Positions 47,413 through 58,296 are shown, counted from the stretch's first letter. The stretch is DNA of 64,000 nucleotides from Candidatus Doudnabacteria bacterium RIFCSPHIGHO2_01_FULL_45_18 (GCA_001779915.1 MFEJ01000023.1:6165-70164); one strand, 5' to 3'. Numbers and translations are program-made. Notes: a model not told the origin generated them from the letters alone.

Positions 47413-49413
47413 ATGAAATTTAAACTTCAGTCCGAATTCAAACCGGCCGGCGACCAGCCGCAGGCCATTGAAAAGCTGATCCAGGGTTTGGGCAAAAAAT
47501 TCCGGTATCAAACCTTGTTGGGTGTCACAGGTAGTGGCAAAACTTTTACCATGGCTAATGTCGTGGAAAAAATCCAGCGGCCAACGCTCGTCATTTCGCA
47601 TAATAAGACTTTGGCTGCGCAACTAGCAAGCGAATTCCAAAATTTTTTTCCGGACAATGCCGTGCATTATTTTGTGTCTTACTATGACTACTATCAGCCA
47701 GAAGCGTATATTCCTAGATCAGATACCTATATCGAAAAAGAAACCGAGATCAACGAAGAAATTGATAAATTGCGAAACGCGGCCACGCAAAGTTTATTGT
47801 CCCGCAAAGACGTTTTGATCGTCGCGTCTGTGTCCTGTATTTACGGGCTGGGTAATCCGGGCGACTATTTGGATTTGTCCATCCCGATTAAAGTTGGCGC
47901 GAGTATCAAACGCGATAAATTTTTGCGTCGCTTAACTGACCTGCAATTTACTCGCAATGATCTCAACCTGACCCGCGGCACATTTCGCGTGCGTGGGGAT
48001 GTGGTGGAGTTGATCCCTGCTTCCGCTGACAAAATCCTACGTTTAAATTTTTATGGGGATGAGATCGAGAAAATTTCCGAGCATGACCCCTTAACTGGAC
48101 AAGATTTCGGCAACCGCAAGGACCTAACCATCTTTCCGGCCAAGCATTTCGTAACCACCAAAGAAAAATTATTGGCTGCCGTCGAAAATATCCGCGCGGA
48201 ACTGCGGGACCAAATCAAACTTTTTAAAAAACAGGATAAACCCATTGAAGCCCAGCGCATTGAACAGCGCACCAACTTTGACATTGAGATGATGCTGGAG
48301 ACCGGGTTTGTATCAGGCATTGAAAACTACTCCCGCCACTTGGATTTTCGCAAACCCGGTGAGCCACCTTCCACGCTACTGGATTATTTTCCGGATAATT
48401 TTTTACTTTTCATCGACGAATCCCACATGACTCTGCCGCAAATTGGTGGGATGTATCTGGGGGATCAGTCGCGAAAGAAAACTTTGGTGGATTATGGCTT
48501 TCGACTCCCTTCCGCTATGGATAACCGACCCCTGAAGTTTGAAGAATTTGAAAAAATCATTGATCAAACAATCTTTGTCTCGGCCACCCCGACCAAAGAG
48601 CGGGAAATTAAAGTTTCCAAACAAGTGGCGGAACAGCTGATCCGCCCAACCGGCTTACTTGATCCAGAAATTGAAATCCGGCCAACCAAAAATCAGGTGG
48701 ATGATCTCATGGAAGAAATTCAGAAACGAGTTAAAAAGAAGCAGCGCGTGCTGGTGACCACGCTTACCAAAAATATGGCCGAGGAATTATCGAATTACTT
48801 AGTGGAATATGGCATCCGTGGGCATTACCTGCATTCTGACATTCAAACTTTGGAGCGGCTGGAAATTCTACGCGATTTGCGGCTGGGAGTTTATGATGTC
48901 GTAATTGGCATCAACCTCCTACGGGAAGGGTTGGACTTGCCAGAAGTGTCCCTGGTCGCCATCCTGGACGCCGACAAAGAAGGGTTCCTGCGCTCCGATA
49001 CGTCCCTCATCCAAACCATGGGCCGGGCCGCGCGCCACATTGACGGCCATGTCATTATGTATGCTGATCGCGTCACTGGATCTATGCAGCGAGCCATGGA
49101 TGAGGTCTTACGGCGCCGAAAAAATCAGCAAGACTATAATAAAAAGCATGATATTATTCCGCAAGGCATTCAAAAATCCATCAAAGAAACTCGCTTGGCC
49201 GGTATGAAAGCCGTGGAAGAAAAAACCGACACTTCCAAAGAAATGGACTTAACGAAAATGACCAAACAGGATATCGCGTATGCGATTGAGGAGCTACGAG
49301 ATCAGATGGATTTGGCTTCCCGCAACCTGGATTTCGAAAAAGCCGCCGCCTTGCGCGATCAAATCACGGCGATCCGCAATAAGACTCGAATGAAAAAACA
49401 TAAGTTTAAATAA
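47413..49413 (+). CDS. uvrB: Excinuclease ABC subunit B
   Basis: [33 protein letters not shown]-terminal UVR. Confidence 0.98.
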   Translation: MKFKLQSEFKPAGDQPQAIEKLIQGLGKKFRYQTLLGVTGSGKTFTMANVVEKIQRPTLVISHNKTLAAQLASEFQNFFPDNAVHYFVSYYDYYQPEAYIPRSDTYIEKETEINEEIDKLRNAATQSLLSRKDVLIVASVSCIYGLGNPGDYLDLSIPIKVGASIKRDKFLRRLTDLQFTRNDLNLTRGTFRVRGDVVELIPASADKILRLNFYGDEIEKISEHDPLTGQDFGNRKDLTIFPAKHFVTTKEKLLAAVENIRAELRDQIKLFKKQDKPIEAQRIEQRTNFDIEMMLETGFVSGIENYSRHLDFRKPGEPPSTLLDYFPDNFLLFIDESHMTLPQIGGMYLGDQSRKKTLVDYGFRLPSAMDNRPLKFEEFEKIIDQTIFVSATPTKEREIKVSKQVAEQLIRPTGLLDPEIEIRPTKNQVDDLMEEIQKRVKKKQRVLVTTLTKNMAEELSNYLVEYGIRGHYLHSDIQTLERLEILRDLRLGVYDVVIGINLLREGLDLPEVSLVAILDADKEGFLRSDTSLIQTMGRAARHIDGHVIMYADRVTGSMQRAMDEVLRRRKNQQDYNKKHDIIPQGIQKSIKETRLAGMKAVEEKTDTSKEMDLTKMTKQDIAYAIEELRDQMDLASRNLDFEKAAALRDQITAIRNKTRMKKHKFK

Positions 49414-50031
49414 CTAAAACCCTAATTTTTCGTTCACGAATATTACACGCACCTGGCGGCCCATTCGCTGGTTCTCCCTGTGAAAAATCAAAACCTTGGA
49501 CATCATGGTGTGGGCCTGATATACGGCGAACAATCGCTTATCTTCCAGAGGCACCACATATTCTTCTAATCTTTTTATGGCATCAGGTAGGGTTGGCATA
49601 ATTTTCTGGGCCCCGACCACAAAGATTAAGTTCGGCGCAGTATTCACAATATAAGGTAATTGACTGCCGGTGTTGGATGCAATCACCATTTCTCCAGTTT
49701 CAGAAACCGCATGCACAGAACCCAAATAATAATCTGATAAGACGGCTTGGCGGCGCATTTCCATCTGTCTGGCCGGATCTTTTTCAGCTAAAATTCCGGC
49801 GTGCAAATTATTCCATCCGTGCAAGCCGGATTGAAGATACTCCACAAAGCCAATTTGTTCGAGCGTTCGTGACGAACCATTCATCACGGACGAGCCTGCT
49901 GGAATTAATTCTTTGATTTTTGCCAAAGCTTCTTTTTTGGTCGCGACTAATTCAGCTTCCACACCATGTTCTTTCAACGCTTGGATGGTTTTTTGAATAC
50001 TATCTTGCGAGGCTAAGGTATCGTAGTTCAT
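49414..50031 (-). CDS. LUD-domain (LutC/YkgG-like) protein
   Basis: GSSRTL.QIG, S.HA..ETG..VIAS.TG, VVGAQKI. Confidence 0.8.
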   Translation of the reverse strand: MNYDTLASQDSIQKTIQALKEHGVEAELVATKKEALAKIKELIPAGSSVMNGSSRTLEQIGFVEYLQSGLHGWNNLHAGILAEKDPARQMEMRRQAVLSDYYLGSVHAVSETGEMVIASNTGSQLPYIVNTAPNLIFVVGAQKIMPTLPDAIKRLEEYVVPLEDKRLFAVYQAHTMMSKVLIFHRENQRMGRQVRVIFVNEKLGF

Positions 50032-50110
50032 ATATTTCTTAATTCTTATTTGCAGTCTAACATTTAAAGGACTTGATTACCACCCTGATTTCTGCTATTA
50101 TCTCAAAGCT

Positions 50111-50374
50111 ATGCCGAATACTAAATCAGCAATCAAGGCCGCCAGGCAAAATATCAAACGCCGGGTGGTAAACCTCAAGGCCCTGGACCAGATTAAGAAA
50201 ACCGCGAAGGCGGTTCGGAAATTCACCGCCGCCGCGAATAAATCCGAAGCCCAGAAGGCCTTATCTTTGGCGTTTGCCGCGCTGGATAAAGCCGCCAAGA
50301 AAAACATTATTCACAAGAATAACGCCAATCGCCACAAATCCCGACTAGCCGACATGGTCGCGAAAGTAAAATAA
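50111..50374 (+). CDS. rpsT: 30S ribosomal protein S20
   Basis: MPNTKSAIK..DKAAKKNIIHKNNANR.KSRL. Confidence 0.95.
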   Translation: MPNTKSAIKAARQNIKRRVVNLKALDQIKKTAKAVRKFTAAANKSEAQKALSLAFAALDKAAKKNIIHKNNANRHKSRLADMVAKVK

Positions 50375-50383
50375 TCGGAAACT

Positions 50384-50408
50384 AAAAACCGCCTTCGGGC
50401 GGTTTTTT
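50384..50408. terminator. Bidirectional terminator
   Basis: aaaaaccgcc-ttcg-ggcggtttttt. Confidence 0.8.
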
Positions 50409-50841
50409 AAATCATTGCTTTCTTAATCTCCTCTTCGGTCTGATCCGCGCCTTCAAATCCTGTAATCTCAATGATCTTTTGCTTTTGGCGGGCCACTTCG
50501 GCATAAAACTTTCGAAGTGCTTCCGGGTCGTACTTCTCATCTGGCGCGGATGCTTCGACGGCGATGATTTTATCATCCTGCTCTCCTCGGTCCAGCATCC
50601 GCATAATCCCAATTGCCCTCGCTTTGACCATACTGCCGGAAGCAATTGGCTTGTCCCCAAGTAAAATTACATCGAGCGTGTCCCCATCTCCACCTAGGGT
50701 GTTTGGAATAAACCCGTAATTAAATAAAAACTTCAGACCATCCTTAAACACAAAATCCAAAACCATAGCTTTTTTGACTTCGTCATACTCATATTTGTTT
50801 TCCGAGCCTTTCGGAATTTCCACCATGACATCAAAGGTCAT
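50407..50841 (-). CDS. ppa: Inorganic pyrophosphatase
   Basis: EIPKGS.NKYEYD, NYGFIPNT..DGD.LD, DDKII; ATGA overlap with polA. Confidence 0.92.
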   Translation of the reverse strand: MTFDVMVEIPKGSENKYEYDEVKKAMVLDFVFKDGLKFLFNYGFIPNTLGGDGDTLDVILLGDKPIASGSMVKARAIGIMRMLDRGEQDDKIIAVEASAPDEKYDPEALRKFYAEVARQKQKIIEITGFEGADQTEEEIKKAMI

Positions 50842-53366
50842 ATTTCTGTCATCTCCGCCCAATTAAGGCCGGCTTTGGCTGCCACCACAATTGGCACTTT
50901 TAATTTATAGACTGATTCCATGATATATCGAAGCTTCGGCGCAATTTTTTTCGCTTCATCTTGATCTACTTCAAAGACTAATTCATCGTGGACAGATAAA
51001 ATCATGTTAGCTTCTGGGTACTTCCTCTCAATTTCAATCATGGCCATCTTCATAATATCCGCGGCTAAGGATTGCAGCGGCATATTCACGGCCGCGCGCT
51101 CGGCGCCACCACGAACCGCAAAATTTGAAGAGTTAATTTCCGGAAAATATCGGATCCGACCCAAAGGATTTCTGATAAACCCATCTTTATGCGCCGAATC
51201 TTTCATTTTATCGATAAATTCTTTCAATCTTGGAAAGGCTTCATAGTATTTCTGGATATATTCCTGCGCTTCACCGCGTTCCATCTCGGATCGTTCGGAT
51301 AATCCAAACGCCGAAACACCATAGAGAATGCTAAAATTTATGGTTTTAGCATCGCGCCTTTGGTTCGGCGTGATTTTATCTTCTTTCACGCCGAAAATTT
51401 TCGCCGCAGTGGCGGAATGAAAATCTTCGCCGGATTTAAATATGCGCATCATCTCTTTATCTTGGGACATGGAGGCCGCAATGCGAAGTTCAATCTGTGA
51501 ATAATCCAGTGAGAGCAAAGCCTTGCCTTGTTCTGCCACAAACGCCTTCCGAACTTCGTTTCCCAGATCCGAACGGATGGGAATATTCTGCAAATTAGGA
51601 TTCAGCGACGACAATCGGCCGGTCGCGGCTATAGTTTGGTTATAAGTTGTATGAATCCGGCCGTCATCAGGAAAAACTAATTCTGGCAAAGCATCTACAT
51701 AAGTGGATTTAAGCTTGGTTAATTCCCGGTATTCGAAAATTGAATCAATGATTGGGTGTAGGCCGCGTAATTTTTCCAATTGTTCCGCTGCCGTGGATAA
51801 TTCTTTAGTTTTGCCAGTTTTTTTTAGATTATCCGTCGGGATTTTTAACTTTTCAAACAAAATTTCCCGCAGTTGAATCGGTGAGGCGATATTAAATTTA
51901 CTCTTGGCTTGCTTGTGAATCTCTTTCGTCAATTTTGTGATACGAGTTTCAAGCTTCAAGCTTAAAGCTTTTAGCCAGGCTTTATCGAGCTTAATCCCGC
52001 GCGCTTCCATTTTGATCAGCACGGCAAGCAGCGGCATTTCAATATCTTCAAAAATCTGGGTGAGTTTCTTTTCTTTCAATTCCGAGCCAATGCTGTGATA
52101 GAGGCGAAACACCGAAGCCGCGTCTTTGCCGTCCAGCAAATAATGGCGGCGACCCGGGTCAGCCAGAAACATGGCAATCTGCGTATCAAATGACAGTGGC
52201 GTTAACTCAATTCCTGCTTTTCGCAAATCGGAATAATTAACTTTCAAATCGTGGCCAATTTTTTGGATATCTTCATCTTCTAACACTCCTTTGATGCGAG
52301 TAGGTGTTGTAAATTTATAACTGTGTTCCCCGCTTGTCGCCACCGACACCCCTGACGCATCCGTAAAAATCGCTAAAGCTTTTTTATCTGACAGTGATTT
52401 AATCAATTTGGGCAGATGATCTTCATCCACAATTTCCACAGGTGATATCTTTTCGGCCTTCTTTTCAGCCTTGGCTTCCGCTTCTTGGCTCAATTTTGGC
52501 AATCTAGCAATGAGGGCGCGAATGCCAAGGGCATGCAGCAGTTCCGTAACCTTGTTTTTTTCATAATCACCAATTTCAGTATCTTTAAAATCAAAGTCTA
52601 AATGATCCTTCTGATCAATCGTAGCCAGTTTCTGGGACAGATAAGCTTTGGCTTTGCCGGCAACTAATTTTTTGAGCGTGCCGTCTTTAATTTTTTTTGA
52701 TCCTTTATCTGCAGCCTCATATACCCCATCCAAACTGCCAAAGGTCTTCATCAACTCCAGTGCGCCCTTCTCCCCAATCCCTGGCACGCCAGGAATATTA
52801 TCCGAGGTATCCCCCCGAATCGCTTTATAATCCACCCACTGACTCGGATGCAAACCGTAGATTTCTACCATTTTGTCCGCATCAAAAATTTGAATATCGG
52901 AAAAGCCGATTTTAAATCGATAAACTTGCGTATGGTTATCAATCAACTGCAATAAATCCAAATCCCCGGTCACGATGATGTTCAAAACATCTTTCGGAGT
53001 TTTATGGCAAATAATTCCCAGTAAATCATCAGCTTCAAAACCGGCTTTTTCATAAATTGGCATATTCAAAGCTTTGAGAATTTCTTTCAGTTTCGGTAGC
53101 TGAACCATCATGGCCTCATCTGGCGCTTTTCTGGTGGCTTTATAATCGGCGGACAATTTATCACGAAAAGTCGGACCCTTTACATCAAACGTCACCAGCG
53201 CGTGCGTGGGCTTAATATCTGCTAAGGCTTTCAGAAACATGGATAAAAATCCAAAAATCGCGCCGGTTGGAAACCCACCCGGCCCGGTCATGTTGGGCAG
53301 GGCATGATAAGCGCGATGAAACAGCGCATGCCCATCAATTAAGAGTAATTTTTTCTTAAAATCCAT
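50838..53366 (-). CDS. polA: DNA polymerase I
   Basis: 5'-3' exonuclease (EADD, GD.SDNIPGV) and polymerase motifs (DYSQIELR, K.INF..LYG, VHDELV). Confidence 0.97.
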   Translation of the reverse strand: MDFKKKLLLIDGHALFHRAYHALPNMTGPGGFPTGAIFGFLSMFLKALADIKPTHALVTFDVKGPTFRDKLSADYKATRKAPDEAMMVQLPKLKEILKALNMPIYEKAGFEADDLLGIICHKTPKDVLNIIVTGDLDLLQLIDNHTQVYRFKIGFSDIQIFDADKMVEIYGLHPSQWVDYKAIRGDTSDNIPGVPGIGEKGALELMKTFGSLDGVYEAADKGSKKIKDGTLKKLVAGKAKAYLSQKLATIDQKDHLDFDFKDTEIGDYEKNKVTELLHALGIRALIARLPKLSQEAEAKAEKKAEKISPVEIVDEDHLPKLIKSLSDKKALAIFTDASGVSVATSGEHSYKFTTPTRIKGVLEDEDIQKIGHDLKVNYSDLRKAGIELTPLSFDTQIAMFLADPGRRHYLLDGKDAASVFRLYHSIGSELKEKKLTQIFEDIEMPLLAVLIKMEARGIKLDKAWLKALSLKLETRITKLTKEIHKQAKSKFNIASPIQLREILFEKLKIPTDNLKKTGKTKELSTAAEQLEKLRGLHPIIDSIFEYRELTKLKSTYVDALPELVFPDDGRIHTTYNQTIAATGRLSSLNPNLQNIPIRSDLGNEVRKAFVAEQGKALLSLDYSQIELRIAASMSQDKEMMRIFKSGEDFHSATAAKIFGVKEDKITPNQRRDAKTINFSILYGVSAFGLSERSEMERGEAQEYIQKYYEAFPRLKEFIDKMKDSAHKDGFIRNPLGRIRYFPEINSSNFAVRGGAERAAVNMPLQSLAADIMKMAMIEIERKYPEANMILSVHDELVFEVDQDEAKKIAPKLRYIMESVYKLKVPIVVAAKAGLNWAEMTEI

Positions 53367-53833
53367 TATCTTAATTTTACCTCTATTCTCTTATCCACAT
53401 GATGTCCATTAATTTTATCAGCAGTATTTATCCAAACTTGTTTAGGTACTGCTTTATAGACTCTCCGAGGACTTTCTTGTATAAAATCAGTAACGGGTCT
53501 TGTTGGTTTATTTTTTCGTCCATATTGATACTTTAAGATGCGTTCAATTTCTTGTTTATCTATAATCATGGACGCTTCTGCTTGGATATAAACCCCACGA
53601 CCGGTTCCTTCCTTCGCCGTAGAATCGTAGATTGCTAAAAAGACGTTTTTATTACTGGCAATATTTTTTGAATGCTGCGAGTACTGATCGGACACCCAGA
53701 AAAAATTATATTCCTCGTCGAACGAAGAGTAAACCGGTGTATTCCAAGGTTCACCATTTGGACTCACTGTCGCGATAGTGATATACAAAATCTTATTTAT
53801 AATTTCTTTAGCCTGTACACTATAGTCTTCCAT
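53366..53833 (-). CDS. Pyridoxamine 5'-phosphate oxidase family protein
   Basis: IATVS.NGEPW.TPV, S.HS.NI..N.NV, G.GVYI. Confidence 0.8.
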   Translation of the reverse strand: MEDYSVQAKEIINKILYITIATVSPNGEPWNTPVYSSFDEEYNFFWVSDQYSQHSKNIASNKNVFLAIYDSTAKEGTGRGVYIQAEASMIIDKQEIERILKYQYGRKNKPTRPVTDFIQESPRRVYKAVPKQVWINTADKINGHHVDKRIEVKLR

Positions 53834-53894
53834 ACCCAAATCATACCAAAAAATCGCCTCTTTATCGAGCCCTTAGACTTGACAATTATTACCG

Positions 53895-53930
53895 ACGTTA
53901 TAATATTAACTATAGTTAAGTTTATAACGT
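53895..53930. promoter_or_regulatory. 36-bp palindrome over the promoter and start codon of the PaaX-like gene
   Basis: acgttataa-ta-ttaactatagttaa-gt-ttataacgt; TTGACA at 53879. Confidence 0.8.
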
Positions 53931-54495
53931 GCCACGAAAACCAAACGAACACTTATCTGTTTATCTTCTAAAGCTTGTGGGACTGGGAAGCTTGTTTTTG
54001 TTAGTTTCAATTTTATCTCCACAACTGCCCTATTTGGTAATCAAAGCCCTATTAAAGAAACGGTTCGGGGCTAAGTATAACAATAAACAAATTGGACATT
54101 CTATTCGATATCTTAAACGAAAAAAATTTATAGCTCTTGAAAATAAATCCGGTAAGATACAGATGGTCCTGACTAAGCTTGGGTTGAAACATTTACAAAA
54201 TGCTGACCTTGATATGATCAAAATTGCTCCTCATGCCTGGGATGCCAAGTGGCGAATAGTTATGTTTGATATCCCTGAAGAACATAAACCAGCTCGGCAT
54301 GTCTTTCGCAGGAAACTTAAAGAGTTGGGATTTGTTCATTTCCAAAGAAGCGTCTTTTTACTCCCATTCAAGTGTGAAAAAGAAATATACGAACTGGCTG
54401 AGCATCTTTCAATCAGTTCTTATGTCCACATATTATCCGCAGATCGCTTTCCAAACGATAAATCGCTTCTGAAAAGATGCCAAATCACCCACTGA
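53929..54495 (+). CDS. PaaX-like protein (winged helix + Cas2-like domain)
   Basis: SIRYLKRKKFI..LTKLG..WDAKWRIVMFDIPE..R..FRRKLKELGF..QRSVF. Confidence 0.85.
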   Translation: MPRKPNEHLSVYLLKLVGLGSLFLLVSILSPQLPYLVIKALLKKRFGAKYNNKQIGHSIRYLKRKKFIALENKSGKIQMVLTKLGLKHLQNADLDMIKIAPHAWDAKWRIVMFDIPEEHKPARHVFRRKLKELGFVHFQRSVFLLPFKCEKEIYELAEHLSISSYVHILSADRFPNDKSLLKRCQITH

Positions 54496-54528
54496 TAATA
54501 ATGTTAACGATAGTGAAATTTATTATCA
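54493..54528. repeat. 36-bp palindrome over the stop codon, related to 53895-53930
   Basis: tgataataa-tg-ttaacgatagtgaa-at-ttattatca. Confidence 0.8.
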
Positions 54529-54597
54529 TCTCAAAAATCATATAATAAAACCGCCTTTTGGGCGATTCAGTTAATACGTATCTAACTACGTAGTTAA

Positions 54598-54741
54598 TTA
54601 CAGACTTAACTCCGGAGCTACCTCCTGAGTTATTTTTTCGTATTCTCGTCCGATATAAATACCGAGTAATAACACCAAGATAAATACTATGACGGCGACA
54701 AGCTTACTATACCAAGTCACTTTGTTCCATTGGATTTTCAT
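54598..54741 (-). CDS. Small single-TM protein
   Basis: MKIQWNKVTWYSKLVAVIVFILVLLLGIYIG. Confidence 0.65.
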   Translation of the reverse strand: MKIQWNKVTWYSKLVAVIVFILVLLLGIYIGREYEKITQEVAPELSL

Positions 54742-54742
54742 C

Positions 54743-54991
54743 TTAATTTGCCCGAAATCCCGGGCCCTTTCTTCGGTCATCCATTTTTTTCTGAACATCG
54801 GCTCTTCTTTGTTGGTCTTCTTCGCGTCGTTTTCGACTTTTCAGATCGCTAAGGCCCAGTTTTTTGCGCGCCAATTCTTCTTCCAATTTTTTTACTTCTT
54901 CTGGAGTACCTGTCAATTTTTTGGCAGACAAATCCGACTCTATTCTTCGGACTTCGGCCTCCAAATATTTTATCTCGTTATCGTTCACCAT
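54743..54991 (-). CDS. Small coiled-coil hypothetical protein
   Basis: Charged helical ORF in tandem downstream of the PilB-like gene. Confidence 0.55.
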   Translation of the reverse strand: MVNDNEIKYLEAEVRRIESDLSAKKLTGTPEEVKKLEEELARKKLGLSDLKSRKRREEDQQRRADVQKKMDDRRKGPGFRAN

Positions 54992-54995
54992 AAAT

Positions 54996-56627
54996 TTATT
55001 CCTCGGTGACACGGAAGACTTCCTCCACGTCCGTAATTCCTTGCAAAGCTTTCAAAAGACCGTCTTGCGCCATGGTCAGCATGCCATCCACAATGGCCTG
55101 CTTTTTTATTTCCGTGGTGGTTGCCATTTTAATAATTAATTTTTCAATCGCATCATTGATCACAAACATTTCGTACACCCCGATCCGGCCCTTGTAGCCC
55201 AACCCTTGGCATTTATCGCATCCTGGCGAGTGATAAAAAATTAATTTTGAGGGGATTTCTGCTCGAGATGCTTTAGGAATAGTTTTTAAAATCATTTCCA
55301 CCCGACTCTGCAAGTTAGCAGGCAGTTGGTAAACAACCTTGCAAGACTGACAAATTTTCCGCACCAATCTCTGAGCAATAATGGCGTTAATCGCCGGTCC
55401 CAATACAAAAGGTTTCACTCCCAAGTCCAAAAGTCTGGGAAGGGTCGCGGCGGCGTCATTCGTGTGCAAAGTTGATAACACAATATGCCCAGTCAGGGCC
55501 GCCTGACAGGCGGTTTCCGCGGTTTCCAGATCGCGCATTTCCCCAACCATGACAATGTCCGGATCTTGGCGCAGAATTGCCCGCAGACCGGCTGCAAATG
55601 TCATACCCACACGCGCATCGATCGGCGTTTGCGTAATCCCTGTTAATTTATACTCCACTGGATCTTCCAGAGTGATAATTTTTACCCCTGGCTCATTCAG
55701 TTTGTTCAAAATTGCATAAAGCGTTGTGGTTTTCCCGCTGCCTGTCGGGCCAGTCGTCAGAATCATGCCGTTTGGTTTCTGGATTTCCTGCAACATCTGT
55801 TCTTTCGCCAAGCCCGTAAGACCAAGTTCATCAAATTGGAGAGAGCCTTTGTCTTGTCGCAAAATTCGCATAACCACGGATTCGCCAAACGCGGACGGAA
55901 TCACCGAGACGCGAATGTCGATGGGAGCCGAATCCAAGGTTAAGCTGAAACTTCCGTCTTGGGGAGTGTTCGTAACGTTCAACTTCACTTTAGATAGAAT
56001 TTTGACGCGCGAAATAATTTGCTGATAAATATTTTGTGGTAAGGTCGCCGCGTCCTGCAAGACCCCGTCAATCCGAAACCGAATTTTCGAAGCACCTGCT
56101 TCCGGCTCGATGTGAACATCCGAAGCGGCTAGGTGCAAACCGAATCCTAGGATACTTTCAATCATCCCGGTGGCCGAAGTCCCGGAAAATTTCGCGGCTA
56201 ATTCAGAAAGTGCCCCGATTTGATAATCCGAACTTTTCAAAATAATTGCTTCGGATTTATGTTTGCTCACAATCACCTTGGAGTATTCATCCAAGGCGTG
56301 CTGCAAGCTACTATTCGAGATCATCACCACATCAACCAAGTATCCTTGCGCTGACAACTCTTTCAGAAGTTTACTGGCCTCGTCCGTGCGCTGTGTGATC
56401 CCGACTTTCAGATGATTTTTTTCTTTCAAAAAAATTGCCGCCCCCAAAGTCTGAGCGCGATCAAACGACACCAAAGCTAAAGCTTGCGGATCAATGGGAA
56501 AACCATACAAATTCAGATACGCAATTTTTTGATCAGTTGCTTTGGTTTGGGTTTCTTCTTCTTCAAACTTGCGATTAAGCTCGGTGTAAACCTGCTTAAC
56601 CTTGGCGGCTTTATCCAAAGGCTGCAT
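54996..56627 (-). CDS. GspE/PilB-family type IV pilus assembly ATPase
   Basis: ASDVHIEP, GPTGSGKTTTLY, LRQDPD..VGEMRD, STLHTN, CxxC pairs. Confidence 0.93.
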   Translation of the reverse strand: MQPLDKAAKVKQVYTELNRKFEEEETQTKATDQKIAYLNLYGFPIDPQALALVSFDRAQTLGAAIFLKEKNHLKVGITQRTDEASKLLKELSAQGYLVDVVMISNSSLQHALDEYSKVIVSKHKSEAIILKSSDYQIGALSELAAKFSGTSATGMIESILGFGLHLAASDVHIEPEAGASKIRFRIDGVLQDAATLPQNIYQQIISRVKILSKVKLNVTNTPQDGSFSLTLDSAPIDIRVSVIPSAFGESVVMRILRQDKGSLQFDELGLTGLAKEQMLQEIQKPNGMILTTGPTGSGKTTTLYAILNKLNEPGVKIITLEDPVEYKLTGITQTPIDARVGMTFAAGLRAILRQDPDIVMVGEMRDLETAETACQAALTGHIVLSTLHTNDAAATLPRLLDLGVKPFVLGPAINAIIAQRLVRKICQSCKVVYQLPANLQSRVEMILKTIPKASRAEIPSKLIFYHSPGCDKCQGLGYKGRIGVYEMFVINDAIEKLIIKMATTTEIKKQAIVDGMLTMAQDGLLKALQGITDVEEVFRVTEE

Positions 56628-56660
56628 AGACTTAAGCTTAAGTAATTTATGTTTATTATA

Positions 56661-57794
56661 TCACAATTTGGCCCTTAAGACTTCGTTGCCAAGGATTTGA
56701 AGCACTTGTTTTTCAGTTTCCATCAGGGGTTTCAAGATGGTGAACTTAATTGTTTGGTGGTTGAAACTCTCCGGTTGAAATTGGCTAAACATGGAAGCGA
56801 GTGGCAGGGGCAAGTGACTTTGACAAAATACGGTCGTGGTTGCGTTGGCTTCTTCTTTGAGAAACACGAAAATTTTAGCAAAGCCCAAATTCGCAGCCAT
56901 CTCTTTAATAATGCTGTTTGCATCCTCCTGTGTCGCTTGCGCTTTATCCAGATCAGATTGATTCACTGCGGAATAAACCAGTAAATTATTAAAGTCCTGT
57001 TTTAAGCGCGCCAAAACCCTGCCCCATAATTTTAAAAGTCCTAGACTTTTACTCTTATATAAGTGATTGATGATCTCCTGTTGTTTGGCTCCCAGACTTA
57101 CCAGCTGGGAAGCTTTCAGAAAAGTTTGAGGGGTCGTGCGTACATGCTGGAAACTGTTGGTCTCCGCGATAATGCCGGCTAAAAGTTGCGTGGCCATGGA
57201 TTCGTCAAGTAAAGTGCTTTCAAATTTATTAATTAAATCCAAAACAATTTCGCTGCAGGAAGTCGCGGTTAAGTCCACCAGATTAAATTGCGCGTAATTT
57301 TCATTACTGCCACGAAAGTCAATGTTCAAAATTGGGGTCTCGAAAAACAACGGCGCGTTTTGGTTATAAAATTCGCCCAGTTGTTCCAGCGCCGACACGC
57401 CGATTAAAATCACCAACTCAAAAGGGAAATTCGAACTGCCAAACGAGATGTCAGTCGGCCCAAACTCGCCCTTCACGGGTTTTAAGTATATGGACAGCTG
57501 GTCAGTCTGCTTTTTGTAACTAAGTTCCTCTAAACGCGTGCGTCCGGTTGCAACATTAATTACAAAGCTTTTGGTCAGATCAATCTGTTGGGAAACCCCG
57601 GAGGTCCCTTCCAAAAAACCAAATCGCGGATTGATTTGAGTGTAACTTAAGAGCTTAACCTCTTTTTCCAGCTTGCTTAAAAAAGCCTGCAGGGCAAGCC
57701 CGGAAGCAAGACCGTCTCCAGTATTCCCTGCTGTGATAATCAGAATACTTTGGACCTGGGAAACTTTATTAATGAGAGTTTGGGTGGAATCCAT
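56661..57794 (-). CDS. DHH-fold (NrnA-like) protein with degenerate active site
   Basis: ILNIDFR in place of IDHH; N.NYAQFNLV, S.SE, LLAGII.ET.SF. Confidence 0.7.
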   Translation of the reverse strand: MDSTQTLINKVSQVQSILIITAGNTGDGLASGLALQAFLSKLEKEVKLLSYTQINPRFGFLEGTSGVSQQIDLTKSFVINVATGRTRLEELSYKKQTDQLSIYLKPVKGEFGPTDISFGSSNFPFELVILIGVSALEQLGEFYNQNAPLFFETPILNIDFRGSNENYAQFNLVDLTATSCSEIVLDLINKFESTLLDESMATQLLAGIIAETNSFQHVRTTPQTFLKASQLVSLGAKQQEIINHLYKSKSLGLLKLWGRVLARLKQDFNNLLVYSAVNQSDLDKAQATQEDANSIIKEMAANLGFAKIFVFLKEEANATTTVFCQSHLPLPLASMFSQFQPESFNHQTIKFTILKPLMETEKQVLQILGNEVLRAKL

Positions 57795-57876
57795 AAATTT
57801 GAGGTGATTTGGCAACCAAATCATAGTACTATAATAGGTTTTACTCCATTCGTCAACTAATGTTAATATAACCCTG

Positions 57877-58296
57877 ATGCAATTCAAAAATCTCGCTTTG
57901 GTTCAGGTTAAAAAACTAGCCCAAAATTTGGCAAAGGAAGTCAAAAAAACAGGCATGGTCATTGGCCTGACTGGCAATTTAGGCAGCGGCAAAACGACTT
58001 TTGTCAAAGCTTTTGCCACCAAATTAGGCTTTAAAAAAATTCACAGCCCAACGTTTGTGATTTCGCATCAATACCGATTGGGTTCTAAATTTTTATACCA
58101 TTTAGATTTCTATCGGCTTGCTCATCTCAAGCAACTAGCCCCCTTAGGTTTAGAAGAAATCATTGGTGGCAAAAACATTGTCCTGATTGAATGGGTGGAC
58201 AAATTTCCGAAAATTTTCAAACAATGCGATCTTGTTATTCACTTTCAAGTTAAACCTTATGATCAACGCGATATTACAATCAAGTTTCAAAATTAG
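57877..58296 (+). CDS. tsaE: tRNA threonylcarbamoyladenosine biosynthesis ATPase TsaE
   Basis: GNLGSGKTTF, SPTF, HLDFYRL, IEW. Confidence 0.95.
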   Translation: MQFKNLALVQVKKLAQNLAKEVKKTGMVIGLTGNLGSGKTTFVKAFATKLGFKKIHSPTFVISHQYRLGSKFLYHLDFYRLAHLKQLAPLGLEEIIGGKNIVLIEWVDKFPKIFKQCDLVIHFQVKPYDQRDITIKFQN

